Shown here: positions 47,542-58,301 of the stretch, in pieces | Layout of the letters: the number at the start of each line of letters is the position of its first letter | Numbering within the stretch: position 1 is the first letter of the stretch | Assembly: GCA_002269645.1 (NCBI GenBank) | Contig: NIVC01000731.1 | Location: 248,001 to 312,000 of the forward strand | Length of the DNA stretch: 64,000 bases | Direction: 5' to 3' | Origin: Macrostomum lignano | Taxonomy: Eukaryota | Translations under genes and position numbers: made by a program | Notes under the pieces: generated by a model | What the model was told of the DNA's origin: nothing | Database searches by the model: none | The model's input: the letters and a program-made list of their open reading frames with translations, nothing else

Positions 47542-50417
47542 ATGTCTGGCATTCGCCAGATTCAGTACGCGGACCTGCAGTTCCACGAGCTGCTGGGCGC
47601 CGGCTCCAAGGGCAGCGTCTATCGGGCCACTTGGAAAAGCGAAAACAGACAGGTGGCGGTGAAGAAGCTGCTTGAGCTGGACCAGACTGAAGCCGCGCTG
47701 CTCAACCAGGTGCGCCACAGGAACATCATCCAGCTGCTGGGGGCCAGCCTCCAGCGGCCCAATCAGTGCATCGTGTCGGAGCTGGCCCAGGGCGGCTCAC
47801 TTTATGACTACCTGCACGACAGCGGCCGGGACCTCGGGCCTGACAGGCTGCTCAACTGGGCCACTCAGATTGCCTGCGGAGTTCGCTACCTGCATGATGA
47901 GGCGCCGCAGACCATTGTGCACAGGTGGGTTTACCTGTGTTGCAACTCCCAGATTCTTAGGCTCGATCATCATCACCCTCCTATATTCCCAAGCTGTTCC
48001 ACCCGCCATTCTCCCAGATCCCCAGTTGCTGTGCCAGCCTCCCAGATTCTCAGTTGCTGGGCCAGCCTCCCAGATCCTGAGTTGCTGGGCCAGCCTCTTA
48101 GATCCTCAGTGACTGGGCCAGCCTCCCAGATCCTCAGTTGCTGAGCCAGCCTCCCAGATCCTCAGTTGCTGAGCCAGCCTCCCAGATCCTCAGTTGCTGA
48201 GCCAGCCTCCCAGATCCTCAGTTGCTGAGCCAGCCTCCCAGATCCTCAGTTGCTGGGCCAGCCAGATCCTCAGTTGCTGGGCCAGCCTTCCAGATCCTCA
48301 GTTGCTGGGCCAGCCAGATCCTCAGTTGCTGAGCCAGCCTCCCAGATCCTCAGTTGCTGAGCCAGCCTCCCAGATCCTCAGTTGCTGGGCCAGCCAGATC
48401 CTCAGTTGCTGGGCCAGCCTGCCAGATCCCCAGACCCAAAGCTTTCCACATTGGCTCTTAAATTATCAAGCACAAGATACATCTAAGTCTGGGACCCCGG
48501 CCTACATCAAGTTTGCTGAGAGCGGCCTCAAAGAGTCGAGATTCACTTTATCGCAAAATTTGAGCAGAAGCCTCTGAGTCAACAGCTGCCCTGTGAACCC
48601 CGCAGGGATCTCAAGTCGAAGAACGTGGTGCTGACAGCTGACTTCTCCGTCTGCAAGCTGTGCGACTTCGGCGCCGCCAGGGTGGTGCTGGGCAGCTCCG
48701 GGGTCACCCTGGCCGGCACCCCCGCCTGGATGGCCGTCGAGATGCTGCGCGGCGACCGGTCGGCGGGTAAACCGTGCGACGCCTGGTCCTACGGCGTGGT
48801 GCTGTGGGAGCTGCTGACCCGGCAGGTGCCGTTCAGGGGTCTGCAGCCGCTGCAGGTGAAATTTGTATTGAGATTGCAACTTGCTGGATATGCATTTCTC
48901 ATTGATTATCTGGGATCTAGTTGCTAAGGCTGGGATTATCTGGAATTTTGTTGCTAAGGCTGGGATTATCTGGGATCTTGTTGCTAAGGCTGGGATTATC
49001 TGGGATCTTGTTGCTAAGGCTGGGATTATCTGGGATCTTGTTGCTAAGGCTGGGATTATCTGGGATCTTGTTGCTAAGGCTGGGATTATCTGGGATCTTG
49101 TTGCTAAGGCTGAGATTATCTGGAATCTAGTTCCTAAGGCTGGCATAGTTGCTAAGGCTGGGATTATCTGGGATCTTGTTGCTAAGGCTGGGATTATCTG
49201 GGATCTTGTTGCTAAGGCTGAGATTATCTGGAATCTAGTTCCTAAGGCTGGGATAGTTGCTAAGGCTGGGATTATCTGGGATCTTGTTGCTAAGGCTGAG
49301 ATTATCTGGAATCTAGTTCCTAAGGCTGGGATAGTTGCTAAGACTGGGATTATCTGGGATCTTGTTGCTAAGGCTGGGATTATCTGGGATCTTGTTGCTA
49401 AGGCTGAGATTATCTGGAATCTAGTTCCTAAGGCTGGGATAGTTGCTAAGACTGGGATTATCTGGGATCTTGTTGCTAAGGCTGAGATTATCTGTAATCT
49501 AGTTCCTAAGGCTGGGATTATCTGGGATCTAGTTGCTAAGGCTGAGATTATCTGGCATCTAGTTGCTAAGGCTAGTATTATCTGGGATCTTGTTGCTAAG
49601 GCTGGGATTATCTGGGATCTAGTTGCTAGGGCTGGGATTATCTGGGATCTAGTTGCTAAGGCTGGGATTATCTGGGATCTTGTTGCTAAGGCTAGGATTA
49701 TCTTGAATAGTTACCGAAGGTAAGCACACTCTGAGAGGATATTTGTAGCAAGAGATTCGTTGGCTCCCGCCCGCAGATCGTGTACTCGGTGGTCGAGGAA
49801 GGCGAACGACTGCCGGTGCCGCCGCAGTGCCCGACGGGCCTGTCGCTGCTGCTGGAGAAGTGCTGGTCGGAGGACCCGACCAAGCGGCCGACCTTCGGCA
49901 GCATTGTGAGCCGGCTGGAGAAGCTGGCCGACCCGGACACCCGGGCAGCGCTGGACAATTTCGGCCGGCAGCGCGAGGTCTGGCGCGGCTGGCTGGACGC
50001 GGCCCTGGCGCGGATGCGCCACACGGAGGAGGCTCTGCGCGCCCAGCGCCGGCTGCTGGACGGCGTGCGGCGCAGCGAGCTGGCGGGCAACCTGCGGCTG
50101 CTGCGGCTCAACGACGTCAACCCCGCGGACTGGCGGGCCGCCGACCTCTGCCACTGGCTGGCCGGCCGGCTCGGCGGCTGCGGCGACCTCGCCCAGTACG
50201 GTCGGGTGATGCTTGAGCACGGCGTGGACGGCGCCGCCTTCATGGCGCTGACCGGCCCGGACCTGCTGGCCATGGGCGTCAAGTCCTACGGGCACAGGAA
50301 GGACCTGCTGGAGGCCAAGGAGCGGCTGCGGAGGATCAGCCATGCTGAGAGGTGAGGCTGGTCTGTCTGTCTGTCTGCCTGTCTGTCTCTGTCTGTCTGT
50401 CTGTCTGTCTGTCTGCC

Positions 50418-50478
<61 letters not shown>

Positions 50479-50595
50479 GCCTTTCTGTCTGTCTGTCTGT
50501 CTGTCTGTCTGCCTTTCTGTCTACCTTTCTGTTTGTCTGTCTGCCTTTCTGTCTGTCTGTCTGTCTGCCTTTCTGTCTGTCTGTCTGTCTGCCTT

Positions 50596-50626
<31 letters not shown>

Positions 50627-50651
50627 GCCTTTCTGTCTGTCTGTCTGCCTT

Positions 50652-50706
<55 letters not shown>

Positions 50707-52148
50707 GCCTTTCTGTCTGTCTGTCTGTCTGCCTTTCTGTCTGTCTGTCTGTCTGCCTTTCTGTCTGTCTGTCTGTCTGCCTTTCTGTCTGTCTGTCTGT
50801 CTGCCTTTCTGTCTGTCTGTCTGTCTGTCTGTCTGCCTGCCTGTTTTAGATTGTCATCAAATGCTTCGATTCGGTAATGCTGCAATATTCGTGTTCAAGG
50901 CATCCAGCCCACCCCGCCCGCAGGCACTACCCCAGGCTGGGCGCCTCCGTCGAGGCGTCGCTCGTCTCAGTCGGCGGCGCCGCCGAGTCTCCGGGTTCGC
51001 CGCAGTGTCGGCGTCGTTCCACAGTGGCGCTGAGCCTCTCTGTGCACCGCCTGTTGCGGCCTGGCCGAGTCCTGCCCGGGCCCCGCAAATTACTGCTGGA
51101 CACCGCGCTTGTCCAGGACGCCTCGGACAGCTCGGCCGAGCCGCCGGTGCCAGGGCCGCACGAGCTCGTCAAGTCCGTGCAGCTCCTGTTTGGCAACTCG
51201 ATCTTGTGCGCCCGCATGCTGCCCGCCCCCAGCCCTGACGGCTCCGCCTGCGCCTTCGTCATGCCCGACTGGATTGCCTCCCCGGCGCCCGCCGCCGGTG
51301 CCCCCAGCATCCGCGTGGAGTTCCGGCCGCGCCTGGTGGCCAAGCCCAGCCACTGCAGCCTGCCGCTGCCCGGCCTGTGGGTCAAGCACTGGGGCGGCAT
51401 CGAGAAGCTCGTGCAGCTCAGCCTCGCCGACTGTCCCGCCGCCTCGCCCGCTGTCTCCAACGGCTATTACCACGAGGAGGCCGTCAGCGGGCTCGCCCTT
51501 GAAGCTTCGGCGTCGCCGTCCATCACGGCCACCATCGAGTCGCTGTCGGGCATCTCCCTGCTGTCGGAGCAGCAGCGGCTGCACCCCGCCCTGGAACCGG
51601 AGCGCCGCCCCACCTTCGCCCAGATCGTCCAGCGCACCGCGTCCACTTCTGACCCGGTCCAGTCGCCCACGGACTCCTGGATCTCCGCCAACTCCTCGTC
51701 GACGGCTTCGTCGTCAAACGCCCTGGCGGCGGCCGCCGCTGCAGCTGCAGCTGCCGGATGCGTGGGCGGTTTTCGACGCAGCACCAGCGACCATCCGGTG
51801 GCGACGGCGGCGACTTCTAGCGGCGTCGGCGGCGGCAGTTTCGTGCGCGGCCACTCGGCGAGAAAATCCGTGCCCCAGGCCGGCAGCGGCGGGCGGAACG
51901 GCGCCTCCAGGCTGCACCCGCACGGCCGCTACCCGGCGCACCGGCGCGGCCCCGGCCACCCTCAGCATCGCGGCGGCGGCAGAGGCGGCGGAAGTGCAGC
52001 CTGGGGCAGCAGAGGTAGGGACTGGCAGCTTTGCCAGCTCGTGTCTCCCTATTTATGCAAAAATCTCACCCTGAGATTTTTTAAAAGATTCAAATATCGC
52101 TCGGATTTTTTAGTAATGCGAAATCTCACCCTGAGATTTGTTAGATGA
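47542..52148 (+). CDS. MAP3K20: ZAK/MAP3K20-like TKL kinase with SAM domain; exons 47542-47924, 48606-48855, 49777-50351, about 50924-52014 (possible last exon 52550-52572)
   Basis: VAVKK, HRDLKSKN, DFG, GTPAWMAVE, DAWSYGVVLWELLT.QVPF and ERLPVP..CP...LL.KCW..DP.KRPTF, followed by a coiled region, a SAM domain (W...DL.HWL...GVDG..F..LT..DL..MGVKSYGHR) and a long C-terminal extension. Phases are consistent; the 3' end is uncertain. Confidence 0.8.
48010..48432. repeat. 28-bp minisatellite in kinase intron 1
   Basis: (GCCAGCCTCCCAGATCCTCAGTTGCTGA)n. Confidence 0.95.
48903..49703. repeat. 30-bp minisatellite in kinase intron 2
   Basis: (GCTAAGGCTGGGATTATCTGGGATCTTGTT)n. Confidence 0.95.
50360..50842. 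repeat. (TCTG)n microsatellite in kinase intron 3
   Basis: Starts 8 nt after donor GTGAGG at 50352. Confidence 0.97.
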
Positions 52149-52420
52149 AACCAATCTTACAGTGAGATTAGTTGATAGATACAAAATCTCATCCTGAGAT
52201 TGGTAGATAGTTGAAAAATCTCACCCTGAGATTAGTTAATAGATGCAGAATCCCACAATGAGATTAATTGATAGATGCAAAATCTCACAATGAGATTAGT
52301 TGATAGATGCAGAATCCCACAATGAGATTAATTGATAGATGCAAAATCTCACCCTGAGATTAGTTGATAGATGCGAAATCTCACCCTGAGATTAGTTGAT
52401 AGATGCGAAATCTCACCCTG
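52060..52420. repeat. 32-bp minisatellite with an internal palindrome AATCTCA-ccc-TGAGATT
   Basis: Tandem repeats at 32-bp spacing, just after candidate donor 52015. Confidence 0.9.
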
Positions 52421-53159
52421 AGATTGGTTGTATACTGTATTGTGTAAATCTCAGCTATGGGAGAAATACTATAATTATATAATCAACATTGCAAGCAAAT
52501 TGCCTGGCGTTCTGCTCCAGTTGAAATTTTATTACTATTTTCTGTTCAGCGGGCAGACTGCGTATTTTATAGCTCATATTCTCTTAGACTACTGTTAGTA
52601 CCGTGATAATGAATTTGAAATATGTTAATGCTGTGCTTTTGTGAAACAAAAAATATTGTATTGTTAATCAAAATTGTGATTTAAAAAAAGAATTCTGACT
52701 TTCTTTTAAATTAATGTTTGTAATATTTCACACCGTTCCGCATGCATTTCCATGGCTTGAGATTGAATCAAAGTTTTTCATACTTTCTGTCTGTTTTTGT
52801 AGTTACTGGAGTTATAGCTTATATACATATTAGTCATGGACTGTTCGCGCCACTGGACTGGAAGCTGAAGTTCAGTGCGCTGAAATATATCAAGTATAGT
52901 CTCTGGTCTTATGGCTCCTGCTCAATCACAATTACAGTAATCTTCTGTACAAGTCTTGAATGGTGTTAAGAATCGCTAAAGGGTAATTGCAAACAACTTA
53001 CTGGTGACTCTGGCGACTCTGGACCAACTGTTGAGAGTTGCAGAATCGTAAAAAGCCGTCTTAAGAGTCGTTAAGTTAGCGCTTAACTTTCTACTAACTC
53101 AAGTAGACTAAATAGAGGTGTTATACATACGAAATACGACTCTAATTCGTAAAGTGACG

Positions 53160-53672
53160 CAGAGGGTTCGCATCCTCAGCTTTGCTCTAATTGGCTGAGG
53201 CAGGGTTCGCATCCTCAGCTTTGCTCTGATTGGCTGAGGCAGCGTTCGCATCCTCAGCTTTGCTCTAATTGGCCGAGGCAGCGTTCGCATCCTCAGCTTT
53301 GCTCTAATTGGCTGAGGCAGGGTTCGCATCCTCAGCTTTGCTCTGATTGGCTGAGGCAGGGTTCGCATCCTCTTCAGCTTTGCTCTAATTGGCTGAGGCA
53401 GGGTTCGCATCCTCTTCAGCTTTGCTCTAATTGGCTGAGGCAGGGTTCGCATCCTTAGCTTTGCTCTGATTCGCTGAGGCAGGGTTCGCATCCTCAGCTT
53501 TGCTCTGATTGGCTGAGGCAGGGTTCGCATCCTCTGCAGCTTTGCTCTAATTGGCTGAGGCAGGGTTCGCATCCTCAGCTTTTCTCTGATTGGCTGAGGC
53601 AGGGTTCGCAACCTCAGCTTTGTTCTGATTGGCTAATACAGGGTTTGCATCCTCAGCTTTGCTCTGATTGTT
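53160..53672. repeat. 39/42-bp minisatellite (GGCAGGGTTCGCATCCTCAGCTTTGCTCTAATTGGCTGA)n
   Basis: Tandem repeats. Confidence 0.95.
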
Positions 53673-54164
53673 AATTTCAGGAGTCCATGATCTGCTTTTG
53701 TTGTCTTTGTCCCAGCTCTGTTTTACCAGCCATGCGCAGACTATTTTTAACTATTACTGCTGCTCAGGTGTTGCCATGCCATGTGCCATCTCATCGTACA
53801 CAGCAATGTTCAGATCTGCTTTCATGCCTTGCATTTGCCTGTGTTGATGACGCCTTTGCCTTTGCTAGTACATTCTGTGCTTACAACTGGGTGGAATCCT
53901 TTTCTAATTTTGATGCAAGATTTGACTTTCGACTGACTTGTTTTTAAATTACTGAGTGACAAACTGATTTGATGGGTTTTTACTTCAATAAACTCGATTG
54001 ACTTGGCTAGCGTCACGTGCCAGCCAATTTGATCCATTTTAAACTCTTCTCTGCGCTACAAATTCTGTTTGTCAGCCAGAATATATCAAGAAATTATTTT
54101 TTTCGGCTGGAGTCTCTGATTCATGCCGACTTAGCGACTCCAGTTCTTTGCATCTCTGCTCTCC

Positions 54165-54535
54165 TCTCCCTGACATTCCCCATCCTGACATTCCCCACCC
54201 TGACATTCCCCACCCTGACATTCCCCATCCTGACGTTCCCATCCTGACATTCCATCCTGACATTCCATCCTGACATTCCCCACCCTGACATTCTCCATCC
54301 TGACATTCCCCACCTTGACATTCTCCATCCTTACATTCCCCACCTTGACATTCCCCATCCTTACATTCCCCACCCTGACATTCCCCATCCTGACATTCCC
54401 CACCCTGACATTCCCCATCCTTACATTCCCACCCTGACATTCCCCACCCTGACATTACCCTGACATTCCCCGCCCTGACATTACCCTGACATTCCCCACC
54501 CTGACATTACCCTGACATTCCCCGCCCTGACATTT
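54165..54535. repeat. 15-bp minisatellite (CTGACATTCCCCACC)n
   Basis: Tandem repeats. Confidence 0.95.
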
Positions 54536-54820
54536 CCCATTGCCTTACAGTGCCGCATCTGCTATGCGATATGCTTAAAAAATTCAATTTTGCAAGAATG
54601 GCAGAAGCACTCAAGTAAAAGAGGAAGCCGAAAGTGGCTAAAGCGGCTCAAATCCTCTGCTGCTTTCAAACAAATGAAATCTTTCAGAGCCAGAAATTTG
54701 ATTCAAATTTGTGTTGATACCTTTGTTATCCTAGATACAGCTTAGCAACTAGTTCGCATAAATTTGGGAACAAGGATGGGATTCTGGAATCCCGCTTTGA
54801 TAGCTCTTGCATTTTAAGTC

Positions 54821-55307
54821 ATGAACCCTCTGCTCTGCCTGCTGGGCGCTCTGTGCTTTGCTGGGGCCGCCTGCCCTGCCGCCTCTGCGAGTCCCTGACG
54901 TTTTTGAGTCCATCTATCTATCTATCTATCTATCTATCTGTCTGTCTGTCTATTTATCTATCTATCTGCCTATCTATCTATCTATCTATCTATCTGCCTA
55001 TCTATCTATCTATATATCTATCTATCTATCTATCTATCTATCTGTCTGTCTGTCTGTCTGTCTATTTATCTATCTATCTATCTATCTATCTGCCTGTCTA
55101 TTTATCTATCTATCTATCTATCTATCTGTCTGTCTATTTATCTATCTATCTAGAGCGCTTACCGCGCCCATTGGCTTTCCAGCTGCCTTAATCGTTTCCG
55201 GTGATCTTGTGTGCGTGCTTTCAGCTTGATTGGCTGCGGCAAGCAAGCTAGAAAGAGCTCGCTTCGCTCGCTCTTTCTCGCTATCTACTATCTATCTGTC
55301 TGTCTAT

Positions 55308-55341
<34 letters not shown>

Positions 55342-55431
55342 GTCTGTCTGTCTGTCTATTTATCTATCTATCTATCTATCTATCTGTCTGTCTGTCTGTC
55401 TATTTATCTATCTATCTATCTGTCTGTCTAT

Positions 55432-55473
<42 letters not shown>

Positions 55474-55491
55474 GTCTGTCTGTCTGTCCAT

Positions 55492-55581
<90 letters not shown>

Positions 55582-57499
55582 GTCTGTCTGTCTGTCTATT
55601 TATCTATCTATCTATCTATCTATCTGTCTGTCTGTCTGTCTATTTATCTATTTATCTATCTATCTATCTATCTATCCATCTATCTATCGCTCTAATGCAA
55701 ATCTGAGACGGTCCGAATTTTTTCGAGCTGCTGCTGCAGCCCTCGGACAGCTGTCCGGCTGTCCAGACCGTCAGCGGGCCGGCCGCCTCCGCGGTGCACT
55801 GCTCCGCCTTCTGTCTGCTGCTGGGTGACACCGACCGACTGCTTTCGCTGAGTCGCCTCCGGCCTCCCCGCCTGCGGCCTCGCCCGGCGTCTGCGAGATG
55901 TCGCCGTTGGCGGGCTGCCTCATTCGGTCGGGGCTGCCCATCTTTCAACGGCCTGGCGCTGTCGGCCCGACGGTCACGGCTGCTGTTGGTGAGCTGCAGT
56001 TCGGACTGGGGCCTCCTGGCAACGCATGCAGCCACTTTCGAATCAGTTTGGCTTTTGACTTAATCCAGCTCTCCCTGACCCACCTCTGACCGGCCCAATC
56101 CAGCTCCCTGACCCACCTCCGACCTAATCCAGCTCCCTGACCCACCTCCGACCCAATCCAGCTTGACCCACCTCCGACCCAATCCGGCAGCTTGACCCAC
56201 CTCCGACCCAATCCAGCTCCCTGACCCACCTCCAACCCAATCCAGCTCCCTGACCCACCTCCAACCCAATCCAGCTCCCTGACCCACCTCCAACCCAATC
56301 CAGCTCCCTGACTCAATCCAGCTCCCTGACCTACCTCCGACCTAATCCAGCTCCCTGACCCACCTCCAACCCAATCCAGCTTGACCCACCTCTGACCCAA
56401 TCCAGCTTGACCCACCTCCGACCCAATCCAGCTCCCTGACCCACCTCCAACCCAATCCAGCTCCCTGACCCACCTCCAACCCAATCCAGCTCCCTGACCC
56501 ACCTCCAACCCAATCCAGCTCCCTGACCCAATCCAGCTCCCTGACCCACCTCCAACCCAATCCAGCTCCCTGACTCAATCCAGCTCCCTGACCTACCTCC
56601 GACCTAATCCAGCTCCCTGACCCACCTCCAACCCAATCCAGCTTGACCCACCTCTGACCCAATCCAGCTCCCTGACCCACCTCCAACCCAATCCAGCTCC
56701 CTGACCCAATCCAGCTCCCTGACTTACCTCCAACCGCAGGCCCAACAGCTAGAAGCTGTCCCTCCCAGTGCCACGTGTGCTACGGCAGCGAGACCTACGT
56801 TCTGCTCATGAAGGCCCAGAATGACGACGTGGGCTTTGCCAGGCCCTGGGCCGAGTATGAGGCTGGCTTCGGGAGCTGCACCACCGACTACTGGATGGGT
56901 GAGTGACCAGGCTGTGGAGTGCTCAGTCAGGATCAGGGAGTGCTCGGACAGGATCAGGGAGTGCTCGGACAAGCCAAATCCAGTTTCCCCACCCGGCAGG
57001 CCTGGCACGCATGCACAGCCTCACGGCGGGGGGCAGCCGCATCCTCCGCTTCGGGGCGGAGTCCTACGGAGGCGATCACATAGCGCGATGGTGTGGGACG
57101 GCTTCACGGTGGGCCCGGCCAGCACCAACTACGCCCTGGGCCTGGGCGCCCTGCTCAGTAGAAACTACTCGGACACCAGGTGAACTAAAGTATTTTTAGT
57201 AGTCTTCTACTGTTTATCTCCTTGTACATTGAAGCTCTTTCAGATGGCTGGATGCAAAGTCTTTAACAGATCGATCACTCCTCAGGGACCTGTTCATCTA
57301 CCACAACGGCGCCCAGTTCTCAACCTACGACCGATCGAACGAGTGCACCTGCAGCCCCAAGCCCGACTGCTGCTTAAACCTGGGGAGCTGCTCCAACCGC
57401 AACGGCAACGTTGGCTGGCGGTTCCTGACCGGCTTCCCGGACTCTTCTTATCTTGTTGGCACCAGCCTCACCACCACCCGGATGATGGTACTCGTGTGA
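54821..57499 (+). CDS. Secreted fibrinogen-related domain (FReD) protein with N-terminal Cys motif; exons about 54821-54886, about 55740-55988, 56740-56898, 57000-57179, 57286-57499; two apparent 1-nt frameshifts (about 55840 and about 57082)
   Basis: Signal peptide [16 protein letters not shown]. FReD motifs [12 protein letters not shown]...[40 protein letters not shown] and terminal [11 protein letters not shown]. Splice phases are consistent, but exons 2 and 4 each need one extra base, so it may be a pseudogene. Confidence 0.72.
54910..55690. repeat. (TATC/TGTC)n microsatellite blocks in FReD intron 1, interrupted by unique sequence 55150-55285
   Basis: Direct observation. Confidence 0.95.
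56060..56725. repeat. About 29-bp minisatellite (AATCCAGCTCCCTGACCCACCTCCAACCC)n in FReD intron 2
   Basis: Tandem repeats grading into the acceptor at 56739. Confidence 0.95.
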
Positions 57500-58031
57500 G
57501 CCTGGCGACCAAGCGAAGTTTGAGGTTTTTAACAACACCTGATACCAAAACTTTACTCTCACCTATCTTAAACACCTTTCGAAGTTCGAGGCTATACAGC
57601 TCTATCAGATTTACACGTTTTTTAGCCTGAATGTCGTGACGAACTTCGGTTATTGTAGAGCTCATTAAATATGTCAAAAAGTTAAAACTACCGAGTAGTT
57701 CTGGATCAAACACCCCGGTGTTTCTGAGCACTTTTTCACGCAAAAAAATGACAGCACAGTGCAAGAACTGTTCGCTTGTGTCCCAATTTCTGACGCAAAA
57801 TGAAACCGATGGATTCTCAGTGAGGAGCATCAGCAATGGCTGTAGTGCATCACGGATGCTGAGTAAAGGAGGATAAAAGTTGGCGGATAAAAGTCTCCAT
57901 CTGGGGAGAAAATTGTCCGTTGGCGGACAAAAACACAGCAATCAAGTCACAAGGCAGTAAAAATATAATTATTTAATTGAAATTACAGTAGTTCAGATTG
58001 AGTGACAATTTTTCAGCTGCTTGCTAAGCTG

Positions 58032-58241
<210 letters not shown>

Positions 58242-58301
58242 AGGCGGGCAGTTGATTGGAGATGGCAGCCCGAGCCATCGGGGACTTCAGGCGGTCGCCG
58301 C

